From: an uncultured Candidatus Saccharibacteria bacterium
Lineage (GTDB): Bacteria; Patescibacteriota; Doudnabacteria; UBA920
Assembly (NCBI GenBank): GCA_964434195.1
Contig: CAYSUI010000004.1
Location: 4,245-68,244, forward strand
Length of the DNA stretch: 64,000 nt
Direction of reading: 5' to 3'
Below, piece by piece: positions 17,575 to 27,162 of this stretch. A program made the translations under genes and the position numbers. Positions within the stretch are counted from its first letter, which is position 1, and each line of letters begins with the position of its first letter. The notes below the pieces were generated by a model. The model saw nothing but the letters and a program-made list of their open reading frames with translations, did no database searches and was not told the origin of the DNA.

Positions 17575-17982
17575 CTAGCCAATTATCTCTTTTAACCACT
17601 CCCACCTAAGTGGAAGCTTAATAGCATGATCTTTCGCAAACCAAGCAACATCTAATAATTCATCATTCAAGCCTGTCAAATCGCCCCCTACTATCCTAAC
17701 TTCAAATAAATGAATATCAATCTGTTTATCGTTTTCAGAAAAAGGACCTTTGTACTCCAACCCACTTACAGTCCGCACTAGCAATGGTTTTACAATTTCC
17801 ACCTCGTAACCAGTTTCTTCCTTCGTCTCTCTTACACAGGCGATATCAGGTGTCTCACCTGGATCTACATGCCCACCAGGAAAACACCACAACCCATAAG
17901 GCTGTCTCCCGCCTTCCTGGACAAGTAGAACCCTCCCGTCTCTCTCCAAATAAGCAAAACTTACTGGTACATTACCTGACAT
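17575..17982 (-). CDS. NUDIX hydrolase
   Basis: Nudix box GGHVDPGETPDIACVRETKEETG. Confidence 0.92.
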   Translation of the reverse strand: MSGNVPVSFAYLERDGRVLLVQEGGRQPYGLWCFPGGHVDPGETPDIACVRETKEETGYEVEIVKPLLVRTVSGLEYKGPFSENDKQIDIHLFEVRIVGGDLTGLNDELLDVAWFAKDHAIKLPLRWEWLKEIIG

Positions 17983-17987
17983 ATTCT

Positions 17988-18362
17988 TTAAACCCCTTCT
18001 TGCCTAACCTCGTTTGTTTTCTTAAATTTAACACTAAACACCGGCTCATATGGATTTTTGTCTTCATCCTCTACACTCACGGTTTCACCAGACATTAGCT
18101 TATTAATGGCTAAATCAGCTAGCAATTCTTTATCTGCCTGCACATCCTTTTTTAAAGCCTCTAATTTTGCTAAGTCATTTCCCAATTCAGCCTTAACCTC
18201 TTCCTCTATTTGCTGCTTTCTGAGCTTAAAACCACGCAGTTTCTCTAAAACATCTCGATATTCCGAAGAGGACTCGAGTGAATCCTTGTACATATTAGTT
18301 ATTTGTTTCTGTTCACGCTTAGTTGCGCGCATTCTTTGGAAAACGTCTTGTAAATTTTGCAT
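17988..18362 (-). CDS. CPR-type hypothetical coiled-coil protein
   Basis: Charged coiled coil ending in DLAI...GETV.VED...YEPVFSVKFKK. Confidence 0.75.
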   Translation of the reverse strand: MQNLQDVFQRMRATKREQKQITNMYKDSLESSSEYRDVLEKLRGFKLRKQQIEEEVKAELGNDLAKLEALKKDVQADKELLADLAINKLMSGETVSVEDEDKNPYEPVFSVKFKKTNEVRQEGV

Positions 18363-18498
18363 CTAAATATGATTTGTTTTTACTCTTAATACTGAGTGTT
18401 AATACAAAGAAAATTATAGCACATACTTGACTCATCCATAATAAAAAAGGCATAATCTATAATCTTACGCGGTAAAAACCAAACACGAGGAACCCCCG

Positions 18499-18900
18499 AT
18501 GAAATCAAAATGGTTTATTGTAACGTGCTTACTTTTATGCGCTCTTACCCCACAAATTAGCGCACGCCCCAAATTAACCGCTAGACAAAAAATTCAAAAA
18601 CTAGAGAAAAAACTCACTCACGCGTACAACGAAATCAGATATCTAGAAAACAGAATCGATCAGATAGTCTTAAAGGAAACCGAACTTGAAACCCAGTTAA
18701 TGGGTATAAAAAGCAATAAAGATTCTTTTAAGAAAAAACATACGCTAAATGACCTGGAAGAATCCGTATACTCCTTAGGGGTTCAGACTAGAAGGTTAAT
18801 AGTCTTGGGGATTCTACTTTATCTCACATGCGGGCTTACATTCTTCTATGCTTGGCGTAAATCTATTTTAAACAACTCAAAAAAACAACAAGTACATTGA
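18499..18900 (+). CDS. Hypothetical exported coiled-coil protein with C-terminal TM anchor
   Basis: Signal peptide, coiled coil and C-terminal TM; GAGG RBS, TTGACT..CATAAT promoter (18427-18456) and a hairpin over the stop codon. Confidence 0.65.
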   Translation: MKSKWFIVTCLLLCALTPQISARPKLTARQKIQKLEKKLTHAYNEIRYLENRIDQIVLKETELETQLMGIKSNKDSFKKKHTLNDLEESVYSLGVQTRRLIVLGILLYLTCGLTFFYAWRKSILNNSKKQQVH

Positions 18901-18926
18901 CTACTTGTTTTTTTATTTTCTATATC

Positions 18927-19694
18927 TTAAGTAAGAATTCTAGGCCCACTTTTTGTTATAGCAATTGTGTGTTCAAAATGTGCGGCCCTACCACCATCAT
19001 CTGTCCTAATTGTCCATCCATCTCTATCTACGTAAATCCTCGGACTCTTTTCGCACACCATTGGCTCAATGGCTAAAACCATACCATCTAATAGCTCAGG
19101 TCCTGTCCCTGGACGACCGTAACAAGGCACAGCAGGATCTTCATGCACCTGATAACCTACCCCATGACCAACCAGCTCTCTTACCACACTGAACCCTGAA
19201 TCTTTTGCGGTTTCAAATATGACAGCCGATATATCGCCTATTCTATTTCCCACCCTAGCCTGATCGATTGCCTTACCAAGAGCTTCTTGTGTAGTTAAAA
19301 CCAACTCTCTCACACGATCTTTCACCTTCCCAACCATAACGGTAATCGCTGTATCTGTATATAGACCTTTATATTCCATTCCGATATCCAAACCCAATAT
19401 ATCGCCTTCCTTCAAAATCACTTTTTCAGAAGGGATTCCATGCACCACAACATCGTTTAAAGAAGTACATAGCGCTGCTGGAAATGGATTATTTCGTGGT
19501 CCATAGCCCAAAAAACTCGGCCTACCTCCACAGGCTTCTATTTCTTTCCAAGCAATCTTATTCAACTCGTAAGTAGAAACTCCAGGAACAGATTTCTCAG
19601 AAAGCATGTTTAAAATACTCCTCATTATTTTACCTCCCTCACCTATAATATTTATCTCTTCTGGAGTTTTAATAAACCCTTGTTTGCCTGGCAT
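18927..19694 (-). CDS. map: Methionine aminopeptidase type I
   Basis: CTSLNDVVVHGIP, DIG...TDTA, GHGVG..VHEDP, AIEPM, AHFEHT. Confidence 0.97.
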   Translation of the reverse strand: MPGKQGFIKTPEEINIIGEGGKIMRSILNMLSEKSVPGVSTYELNKIAWKEIEACGGRPSFLGYGPRNNPFPAALCTSLNDVVVHGIPSEKVILKEGDILGLDIGMEYKGLYTDTAITVMVGKVKDRVRELVLTTQEALGKAIDQARVGNRIGDISAVIFETAKDSGFSVVRELVGHGVGYQVHEDPAVPCYGRPGTGPELLDGMVLAIEPMVCEKSPRIYVDRDGWTIRTDDGGRAAHFEHTIAITKSGPRILT

Positions 19695-19714
19695 ACAAAA
19701 TAATACCTCTAAGG

Positions 19715-20350
19715 TTATTTAGAGGTATTTTTAACTTTTTCTAAATATTTATCAATAGTCAAAAAAATTCGTTGTTTTACTTCAGTCTTATTACCTAAAC
19801 CACTTACCTTTTTAAATTGGTACTGTTGTTTAAAAAAATCGATAACCTGAGAGACATTCGTCCGATAATAAGCTACTCTATTTTTTAACGCCTCGACAGA
19901 ATCATCTGCCCTTTTCCCAAATTTACCTTCAAAATACCCAACTCTTTTATGCATCCGAGTTATGGTTTCTTTGGTAGGAATACTCAAATAAATTACTATG
20001 GGATTACTTCTTCCCTGCTCTTTGAGTAATTTACTTACAAGCTTAGCTTCACCGAGCATTTTAGGATGACCATCAAACAATATCCCCTTTTCCTTTGGAC
20101 ACTCACTAATTTTATCTCTCAATATTTGTCTTACAATTTGCGTAGGAGACAAATTACCCTTATCAGTGTTCTGTTTTAAAACTTCATCTACCTGCTTATC
20201 TTTTGACCTCAGAACAGTCAATTCTTTACCCATGTCAAAATCATACAGGTCATACTTTCTAGTTAAAAAACTAGCCTGAGTAGCTTTCCCAGCAGCTGGG
20301 TCCCCTATCAGTATTATGTTAATTGGATTCTTTGTCTTCTCTTCCTTCAA
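19715..20350 (-). CDS. adk: Adenylate kinase-like NMP kinase, paralog 2 (divergent P-loop)
   Basis: GDPAAGKATQA, LFDGHPK, KRADD..EALKNR; short LID. Confidence 0.8.
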   Translation of the reverse strand: MKEEKTKNPINIILIGDPAAGKATQASFLTRKYDLYDFDMGKELTVLRSKDKQVDEVLKQNTDKGNLSPTQIVRQILRDKISECPKEKGILFDGHPKMLGEAKLVSKLLKEQGRSNPIVIYLSIPTKETITRMHKRVGYFEGKFGKRADDSVEALKNRVAYYRTNVSQVIDFFKQQYQFKKVSGLGNKTEVKQRIFLTIDKYLEKVKNTSK

Positions 20351-20912
20351 GTGCGTAATTTATTTGTTCAGTAACCATTTCGATTTCAGGTGAACCGTCA
20401 ATCGTAATAAAAGTAGTTTTCTCTCTTAAAAAATCCAAAACCGGAACTGTTTGTTTCTCATACATGGACAATCTCATCTCTATACTCTCTTTATTATCAT
20501 CCACACGACCTTCTTTTTCTGCCCTAAGTAACAACCTTTTAATCGATTCTTCCTTAGGTAAATCTATAAAAATGGTCACCATTTTCTGCTTATTGTTTTT
20601 CTCCAAAAACGACAACAAATGCACAGCCTGTCCCAACTGCCTAGGCACACCATCAAATACCAAACCCTTCTCACTCATTAAACCTGGAAGCTTCTCATCC
20701 AATATTTCTAAGATCACCTGGTCAGGAACCAAAATACCTGCATCTAACAGCACTTTTATCTTTTTACCCAATACAGAATTTTCTTTCCCAATTTCTCTTA
20801 AAATTCCACCCATCTCCCAAAAATAAAAACCAAGCTTGGTGGCTAGCAGCCGAGCTTGCGTCCCCTTCCCACTCCCTTGAGGTCCTATAAAAAAAATCAC
20901 ATCAAACTTCAT
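20319..20912 (-). CDS. adk: Adenylate kinase, paralog 1
   Basis: GPQGSGKGTQA, G.LVPD, FDGVPR, GRVDD...RL..Y..QT.PV; start trimmed to MKFDVI. Confidence 0.9.
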   Translation of the reverse strand: MKFDVIFFIGPQGSGKGTQARLLATKLGFYFWEMGGILREIGKENSVLGKKIKVLLDAGILVPDQVILEILDEKLPGLMSEKGLVFDGVPRQLGQAVHLLSFLEKNNKQKMVTIFIDLPKEESIKRLLLRAEKEGRVDDNKESIEMRLSMYEKQTVPVLDFLREKTTFITIDGSPEIEMVTEQINYALEGREDKESN

Positions 20913-20973
20913 CTCCCCGATAATAAGCCATCCCCCCATTTTTTGCAACACTTATCTCTCCTGAAAAAAGTAC

Positions 20974-21097
20974 GCATTGCAGATTTTGGTTCAGATTGCA
21001 CGATCTTTTTCGATTTTTTTACGCAAGCGTCCGTGACGGGACGATGGAGTAAAAAAATCCAAAAAATCGTGCGAGCTGGAGCAAAATATGCGATGCC
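20974..21097 (+). repeat. Dispersed rod-hairpin family, copy B
   Basis: GCATTGCAGATTTTG...CGATTTTTTTAC / GTAAAAAAATC...CAAAATATGCGATGC. Confidence 0.75.
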
Positions 21098-21203
21098 ATA
21101 GCCACAAAACACAAAACCAAAGGAAAAGGCTGCATGTGGGGTTCATGCAGCCAAAGTGTTGTGTGTGTACTTATGTTGAGCACAATTTTTTTCTTATTGT
21201 CGA

Positions 21204-22625
21204 TTATGAGATCAGGTCACGACCCCCTTCAGCCGTGCCCAGATCGCGAAAGAAATAACCAAGGATTGGACTCCTCGCGCAGTATTCCCTCACACTGGCC
21301 CAAATCCTGCTTGTTGCTGGCTCATCTCTGGTAATCCGGTAAGCATCCTCAGTTTTCAGGTACGCCTTTCTGTCACGCACCCACGAACGCCATAGAGCTA
21401 AATCGTTCTGGACTTGTGGATCACTCTCACGAGTAGCGGTATGATATGCGATCGCAGCTTCCAGGAAGTCTGCTTCGGTGTAGTCAAGATAGGCATCGTT
21501 TACTGCAAACCAGGCCCTAGGATAAGGATCGACATCGCTTGCTTCCCGCATAACATATTCACCCGCCGTATGATCACTCACAATTCCATTCTCCTTAAGG
21601 TAATCATGAATTCGATCATTAATCTTCAAAGGATTTGTATCAGGGGTTAGCCCATCTGAGGTTTGGGCCTCAGGTTTCTCGATTCTGTCTTTGGACTTGA
21701 TCTCGTCCGAAATGAACTTGTAGAAGCAACTTTTGGGGTTGCTCAGGAATTCAGGATTAGTTTCGACCCGGTTCTTGCGGGCAATCAGGAGCATCATCTC
21801 ACGAGCCATTTTAGCAAACACGAGATTTGCAGTCTTTAAAGTCTCGAAGTCGCTTTCAAGCGAGCCACTCGCAACCAGAGTCTGGTTGCCGTCAAAGGAT
21901 TCTTTCCAGGCGCGAAATGTAACGCGCACCGGTGTAAACTGCACAGGCATCTTCTTCTCGGGTGCAAAGCCGGTAGCCTTGCGGAACTCGCTCATAACTT
22001 TCTTAGCAGTAGGCAGGTCCTTTTTACGACCGAAACGCTTGGGCTTCTCAGGGAAACCAAGGTACAACAGAAGGTCGTAGGGACGCATCATCGCCAATTC
22101 CTCGTCCGCCTCACCTACACTGAAAACCTCAGGGTATTCGGTTTCCAACCAAGAAATATATTCAGGATTGGACTGCGATCTGGTAAGCGAGAACTCGATA
22201 CCTGTTTCCAGGTCGAACTCCACGAAAGTCGTTTCCGTACTCGGCGCATAAGGCGTCTTATACTGACGACCACTCGGTGTAATACCGGGTTTCGAATTCG
22301 GTGAATAAACTTTCCCGCGCTTACTTTGCGCGACATTCACCAAATGGTTCGCGAGCATCTTATTGTTCCGAAACCCTTCGTCGTAAATGAAGTAAAACGA
22401 ATCATGCTCCAAATCGAACTCTTTCTGTGTCCGGTTAGCCGAATTAATAAGCGCTGGCCCGAATTTTCGGACCAAAGAATAACTGGCGACAGACAGACCA
22501 CCAATAACTACCGAAGCAGGTAAAGCTACCTGCGGCCAAGGCAAACTCTTGAAAGTTTCCCAAGCATCAACGACCTGTTTCGTAGCAGTGGGATCAGCCA
22601 GAAGAAATAATTCTTTGCTCAACAT
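21204..22625 (-). CDS. Hypothetical protein (orphan, one N-terminal TM, visibly higher GC than flanks)
   Basis: 473-aa ORF with GGAGGT RBS; no motif I recognise. Confidence 0.75.
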   Translation of the reverse strand: MLSKELFLLADPTATKQVVDAWETFKSLPWPQVALPASVVIGGLSVASYSLVRKFGPALINSANRTQKEFDLEHDSFYFIYDEGFRNNKMLANHLVNVAQSKRGKVYSPNSKPGITPSGRQYKTPYAPSTETTFVEFDLETGIEFSLTRSQSNPEYISWLETEYPEVFSVGEADEELAMMRPYDLLLYLGFPEKPKRFGRKKDLPTAKKVMSEFRKATGFAPEKKMPVQFTPVRVTFRAWKESFDGNQTLVASGSLESDFETLKTANLVFAKMAREMMLLIARKNRVETNPEFLSNPKSCFYKFISDEIKSKDRIEKPEAQTSDGLTPDTNPLKINDRIHDYLKENGIVSDHTAGEYVMREASDVDPYPRAWFAVNDAYLDYTEADFLEAAIAYHTATRESDPQVQNDLALWRSWVRDRKAYLKTEDAYRITRDEPATSRIWASVREYCARSPILGYFFRDLGTAEGGRDLIS

Positions 22626-22831
22626 ATCGATACCTCCGTAAATCTCAATCTTTGTTTTTGATGACTACTTTTTTGCTAGAAAAACTCTTTAGCGTCCTAT
22701 AAAGCCTTCTAACACGTTCACGCAAGCTTATCCGTGAACGTTTTAAATCATTGAAATCTTGAAGTTAAACCACAAAAATTGCCTTTTGGCACCTTTCTGT
22801 TACTGGCTAAACCTAATAAAGACTTCCGCTG

Positions 22832-22921
22832 ACTATACCTAGTATAGAAAGGATTGTCAAATAATTTCTCAAGAACAAATATTCGATTCTTATTGACAGA
22901 AACCCAAATTTTCCGTATTAT
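22832..22921. promoter_or_regulatory. Back-to-back divergent sigma70-type promoters
   Basis: Minus strand: TTGACA-17-TATAGT (22860-22832). Plus strand: TTGACA-17-TATTAT (22893-22921). Confidence 0.7.
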
Positions 22922-22954
22922 CACGAATTCAATTTAACACCTGAGGAGGTAATA

Positions 22955-23743
22955 ATGATGTTCTCAAAACTACGACTTTTTTTCCTAATTCTGATACTGG
23001 CAACCACACTTCAAATTGCAATTACTTCACCCAGTATTATCACAAACCAAGTCGATTTATTTTTCAAGCTCTATCAAGCAGAGAAGGAAAAGTCTCTCAT
23101 TGCTGAATTAAGAAAAAAAGAGAAAGAAAGAGCAGAACAGGAAAGAATCCCAACAGACCAGACAAAACCCATTCTACTACCCTCACCATCGCCTACCCCC
23201 ATAACAGCAACCTTATCCATAAACTTCCCCATTACTTCTGGTAGCTTGGAAAATACCTTCGTCGGTAACCTAATCTCTCGTATTCCATCTGATAAAATCA
23301 GCCACTGCGAAGGGATTACCAATTTCACCCTAAATGGATCACAATACGAAGCCTTCCCTTCTGACGAGAACACAATTCTCAGAAGAAAGCGATTCGAACA
23401 CAATCCTGAATACGAAACTTTAATAATATCTGGTGAAGGGAAAATTCTGAAACGTATTAAGTTTGAGACTAACCCTGAAACTCCTATTAGCGTCACCATA
23501 TTCAGTCCAAGAAAAAAAGGTGAGCCACCTCAAGTGAATACATCTTTTAACTCTCAATTCTCCTATGTAGGATTTAGGGTAAAAATTTCTGAACCACGGA
23601 AAATCTTCCTAAACTACTCTGGTATTGAAATTACAAGTTTCCTATTGGATGATATCGAAAGCTGGCTTTTGGAAAAATCCAATCCTAACAAATGGGAAAC
23701 AAGCCTAAATCCAACTATCAAAGATTATAAAAAACGCAGATAA
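22955..23743 (+). CDS. Hypothetical exported protein (orphan)
   Basis: Signal/TM segment, Pro/Thr linker and GAGGAGG RBS. Confidence 0.7.
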   Translation: MMFSKLRLFFLILILATTLQIAITSPSIITNQVDLFFKLYQAEKEKSLIAELRKKEKERAEQERIPTDQTKPILLPSPSPTPITATLSINFPITSGSLENTFVGNLISRIPSDKISHCEGITNFTLNGSQYEAFPSDENTILRRKRFEHNPEYETLIISGEGKILKRIKFETNPETPISVTIFSPRKKGEPPQVNTSFNSQFSYVGFRVKISEPRKIFLNYSGIEITSFLLDDIESWLLEKSNPNKWETSLNPTIKDYKKRR

Positions 23744-23778
23744 AAAATCTGCGATATTTTTTTGAAAAAAAATTAACC

Positions 23779-24450
23779 CTATCCAGGGTTTTCTGCAGCA
23801 AGTTCTATCTCATTCCCATGAACCGACGTTGGTTCCACGACTTGAGAAGCAACTGTTATATTATCCTGCGGGAAAGCCATACCTTCATCGACTAGCATAG
23901 ACCAGGAAACTATCGGGATCCCATCCGACGTCTCTAAACCTGAAAAATTTGGCTCAGAATAAAATGCTAGCTGGACATTTTCTACTTGTACCTGACTCAG
24001 CTTATCAGCGTATACATAAGCATAAACCTGAGAAAATGCTAGCTTCAAATCTCTAATCAACCAAATCAACAAATTTATCAATGGTCTAAATATTGGGGCC
24101 AAAGTTTCTAAATACAACTCATTAATTGACTGTGCCAACGAAATTTTTTCATGAATGAATTCTTGTTGTGGACTTTTCAATTTCTCAAGAACTGTAATCA
24201 TCTGCTCTTCCGTGTATTGATGATCACAAATTCCACAATATAAAGAATAATATAGAATTTCACCTTTCTTATTCACGATCCGAGTAATTATCACTTGAAG
24301 ATTTGGCCACAAATACTGACTCTTATGACCATAGGGACATTCAGGTTTTGACCTAGATTTCCAGTACCTTACTTTACAAGCAGAACATGCCCCATTAAGC
24401 TCATTTAAATGTATATTTACACCGCATTTACAAACTGCTTTTTCTTCCAT
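23779..24450 (-). CDS. Hypothetical protein with N-terminal Cys-rich (zinc-binding) region
   Basis: CKC..CSAC..CPYGH..CGICDH; the second Met has a GGAGG RBS. Confidence 0.65.
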   Translation of the reverse strand: MEEKAVCKCGVNIHLNELNGACSACKVRYWKSRSKPECPYGHKSQYLWPNLQVIITRIVNKKGEILYYSLYCGICDHQYTEEQMITVLEKLKSPQQEFIHEKISLAQSINELYLETLAPIFRPLINLLIWLIRDLKLAFSQVYAYVYADKLSQVQVENVQLAFYSEPNFSGLETSDGIPIVSWSMLVDEGMAFPQDNITVASQVVEPTSVHGNEIELAAENPG

Positions 24451-24562
24451 TTTTTCCTCCATAAAATTTCCGGTCTCAAATCTCTTAAATATAGCGTTTT
24501 ATGATATAATGGTCTAGTCTGAAAAATACAAGTACCTAGAGAAACAAAAAACCAAAATTCAC

Positions 24563-26248
24563 GTGCATTCTATTTTTTTTGAAATTACACTAGCGTTAAT
24601 TTTAGCCGGAGCAATCGCGGTAATTGTTAGTTTTTTTAAACAACCCAGCATTCTCGCATATATACTTACCGGTCTAATACTTGGCCCACTTGGTCTCTCC
24701 AAACTTTCTGAAGGAGACTCTCTTAAAGGCTTATCTGAAATAGGTGTGACACTTTTACTATTTATGGTGGGCTTAGAGCTAGACGTAACAGAACTAAAAA
24801 AAATCGGAAAAACAGCAAGTATCGCAGGAGTGCTACAAATCCTAGTCACGACTTTACTCGGGTTTACCATAGCCAAATTCCTAGGATTTGATTCACTTAA
24901 GAGCATCTACTTAGGTCTTGCTCTCACTTTCTCTTCCACAATAATTGTAGTTAAACTGCTTTCAGAGAAAAAAGACCTACAGTCTCTTTATGGAAAATTA
25001 GCTGTAGGCATATTTGTTATACAAGATATCGTAGCAATCTTTATTCTCGTATTCCTACAAGGATTAAACAGCACCGCAGGCAACTTACCTCTAAACTTTC
25101 TTTACACACTAATAAAGTTAATTTGCTTACTTTTAATAATTTACCTCCATAGTAAATTTATTTTTCCATTAGTCCTAAAAACTGTAAGCAAATCACAGGA
25201 ACTTCTTCTAGTTTTTTCTCTTGCCTGGGCTCTCGGCTTTGCTGCCTTAACGGCGTTACCATTAGTGGGTTTCAACCTAGCAATTGGAGGATTTCTGGCT
25301 GGGGTAGCTCTCGCAAACACAGCAGTTCACTATGAGATAAGCGCTAAGATAACCCCACTCAGAGATTTCTTTATAATGTTGTTCTTTATAGTACTTGGTT
25401 CCCAATTAATATTCAGTGGTTGGCAAAATGTCGTTATACCTAGTATTACTTTTTCAACTTTCGTTCTTATTGGTAACCCTATAATCGTACTAGTAATACT
25501 GGCTTTGCTAGGTTTTAAACCCAGAACTGCATTTTTCACCGGATTCACTGTCGGCCAAATTTCCGAATTTAGTTTAATCCTTGCCACTTTAGGACTTAGC
25601 CTTAACCACATAACCCAAAATGAGTTAAGCATAATTACCTTCACCGGAATTGCCACTATCGCTATTTCTTCTTATCTAATCCTTCACACTCGTCAAATCT
25701 ACGAAAAAACGAAACACCTAATTTCATGGCTGGATTTTAAAAAAGGTTCTGCGGAAAAAAACCTAAAAAGATCAGTCTTAAAAAATCACTTTATACTAAT
25801 CGGCGCCCACCGTCTTGGTAGTAGAGTCATAGAATCGCTCTCTCATTTAAAAACAGAATTTGTAGTTATAGATTTCAATCCAGACATAATAGAAAAACTA
25901 GAAGCCAAAGGATTTAACGCCATATGCGGCGACATAACCGATCCTTATATTCAAGACCTTGCTAATATTAAAAAGGCTAAATTAATTATCTCCACCTTAC
26001 CGAATATGTTCGACACACTTTCCCTAATTGAAGCAATTGAAGCAACAAATTCTAAAGCTAAATTCATAGTCACAGCTAGAGACGAAGCAGAAGCCTTAAA
26101 ACTATACGAACACCAAGCAGACTACGTCTTACTCCCCCACTTTATTGGCGCAGACCACTTAAAACAAATTCTAGAAAATAAAAACACCAATACAAACCTA
26201 AAACACCTGAAAGTAAGACACGTAAAACAACTAGCGCACGTAAGTTAG
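24563..26248 (+). CDS. Cation:proton antiporter CPA2 (KefB/C-like) with TrkA-N domain
   Basis: LLLFMVGLELD, FSSTIIVVKLL, QISEFSLIL and a C-terminal IGAHRLG Rossmann domain. Confidence 0.92.
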   Translation: MHSIFFEITLALILAGAIAVIVSFFKQPSILAYILTGLILGPLGLSKLSEGDSLKGLSEIGVTLLLFMVGLELDVTELKKIGKTASIAGVLQILVTTLLGFTIAKFLGFDSLKSIYLGLALTFSSTIIVVKLLSEKKDLQSLYGKLAVGIFVIQDIVAIFILVFLQGLNSTAGNLPLNFLYTLIKLICLLLIIYLHSKFIFPLVLKTVSKSQELLLVFSLAWALGFAALTALPLVGFNLAIGGFLAGVALANTAVHYEISAKITPLRDFFIMLFFIVLGSQLIFSGWQNVVIPSITFSTFVLIGNPIIVLVILALLGFKPRTAFFTGFTVGQISEFSLILATLGLSLNHITQNELSIITFTGIATIAISSYLILHTRQIYEKTKHLISWLDFKKGSAEKNLKRSVLKNHFILIGAHRLGSRVIESLSHLKTEFVVIDFNPDIIEKLEAKGFNAICGDITDPYIQDLANIKKAKLIISTLPNMFDTLSLIEAIEATNSKAKFIVTARDEAEALKLYEHQADYVLLPHFIGADHLKQILENKNTNTNLKHLKVRHVKQLAHVS

Positions 26249-26259
26249 TATGGGAAGAC

Positions 26260-26294
26260 AAAAAAACACCTGTTATACTACACAGGTGTTTTTT
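26260..26294 (+). terminator. Intrinsic terminator
   Basis: AAAAAACACCTGT...ACAGGTGTTTTTT. Confidence 0.75.
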
Positions 26295-26364
26295 ATAACT
26301 GTTATGTGTATGATATAATCATACTAAGTAATATATTCTTATCTCGATATTAATCGAACATCGT

Positions 26365-27162
26365 ATGAACTATTTAAAATCTTTACCCAAAAGCTCCAAA
26401 CATAAAAAAAAGAAAGTTAGTCTTACCACTTCACGCGTAGAAATTGAAGACCCAACGGAAAGCGCAGAAGACCCACGTGACCCTTGGAGAATTTTTAGAA
26501 TTATGACGGAATTCGTAATGGGCTTCGATTTTCTTAAACAATTTACCAAAGCCGCTACTATATTCGGATCAGCCAGATTCGACGAAAATCACCCCTCCTA
26601 CAAAGAAACCCAAAAACTTGCTTCCATGCTTAGCAATGAAGGTTTTGCCATCATGACAGGGGGAGGCCCTGGTATTATGGAAGCCGCAAATCGAGGTGCA
26701 AACGATGCCGGTGGTCACTCTGTTGGTATCTCCATAAAAATCCCAACCGAACAAGGCACAAACCAATACGCAAACAAGTCCACTGAATACAAATACTTTT
26801 TTACCAGAAAAGTAATGCTTGTCTACGCCTCACAAATGTACGTGTTTTTCCCAGGTGGATTTGGTACTCTAGATGAACTTTTCGAACTTGTAACCCTTGT
26901 TAAAACTCATAAAATCCAACCAGTCCCAATTATTTTAGTAGATAAAAAATTCTGGACTCCCCTCCTAGCTTGGATAGATGAAACCCTAGTAAAGCAGTAT
27001 AATACTGTTACCGAAGCCGAAACTGAGTACTACATATTAGTAGATACCCCTGAAGAGGCAATGGGTAAAATTAAAGAACTGCTAAACCACGATGATAAAA
27101 CTATTCAACACCCTGGGAAGGAAACTAGAACAGCTAAGTCCAATTCAAAAAAACGAAGTTAG
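26365..27162 (+). CDS. LOG family (TIGR00730) nucleotide phosphoribohydrolase
   Basis: IFGSAR, TGGGPGIMEAAN, FFTRKVML, PGGFGTLDELFE. Confidence 0.92.
   Translation: MNYLKSLPKSSKHKKKKVSLTTSRVEIEDPTESAEDPRDPWRIFRIMTEFVMGFDFLKQFTKAATIFGSARFDENHPSYKETQKLASMLSNEGFAIMTGGGPGIMEAANRGANDAGGHSVGISIKIPTEQGTNQYANKSTEYKYFFTRKVMLVYASQMYVFFPGGFGTLDELFELVTLVKTHKIQPVPIILVDKKFWTPLLAWIDETLVKQYNTVTEAETEYYILVDTPEEAMGKIKELLNHDDKTIQHPGKETRTAKSNSKKRS

Noticed and set aside
20856-21334. Short ORFs 20856-21101, 20909-21112 and 21134-21334
   Set aside because: By-products of rod-hairpin copy B and overlaps with real genes.
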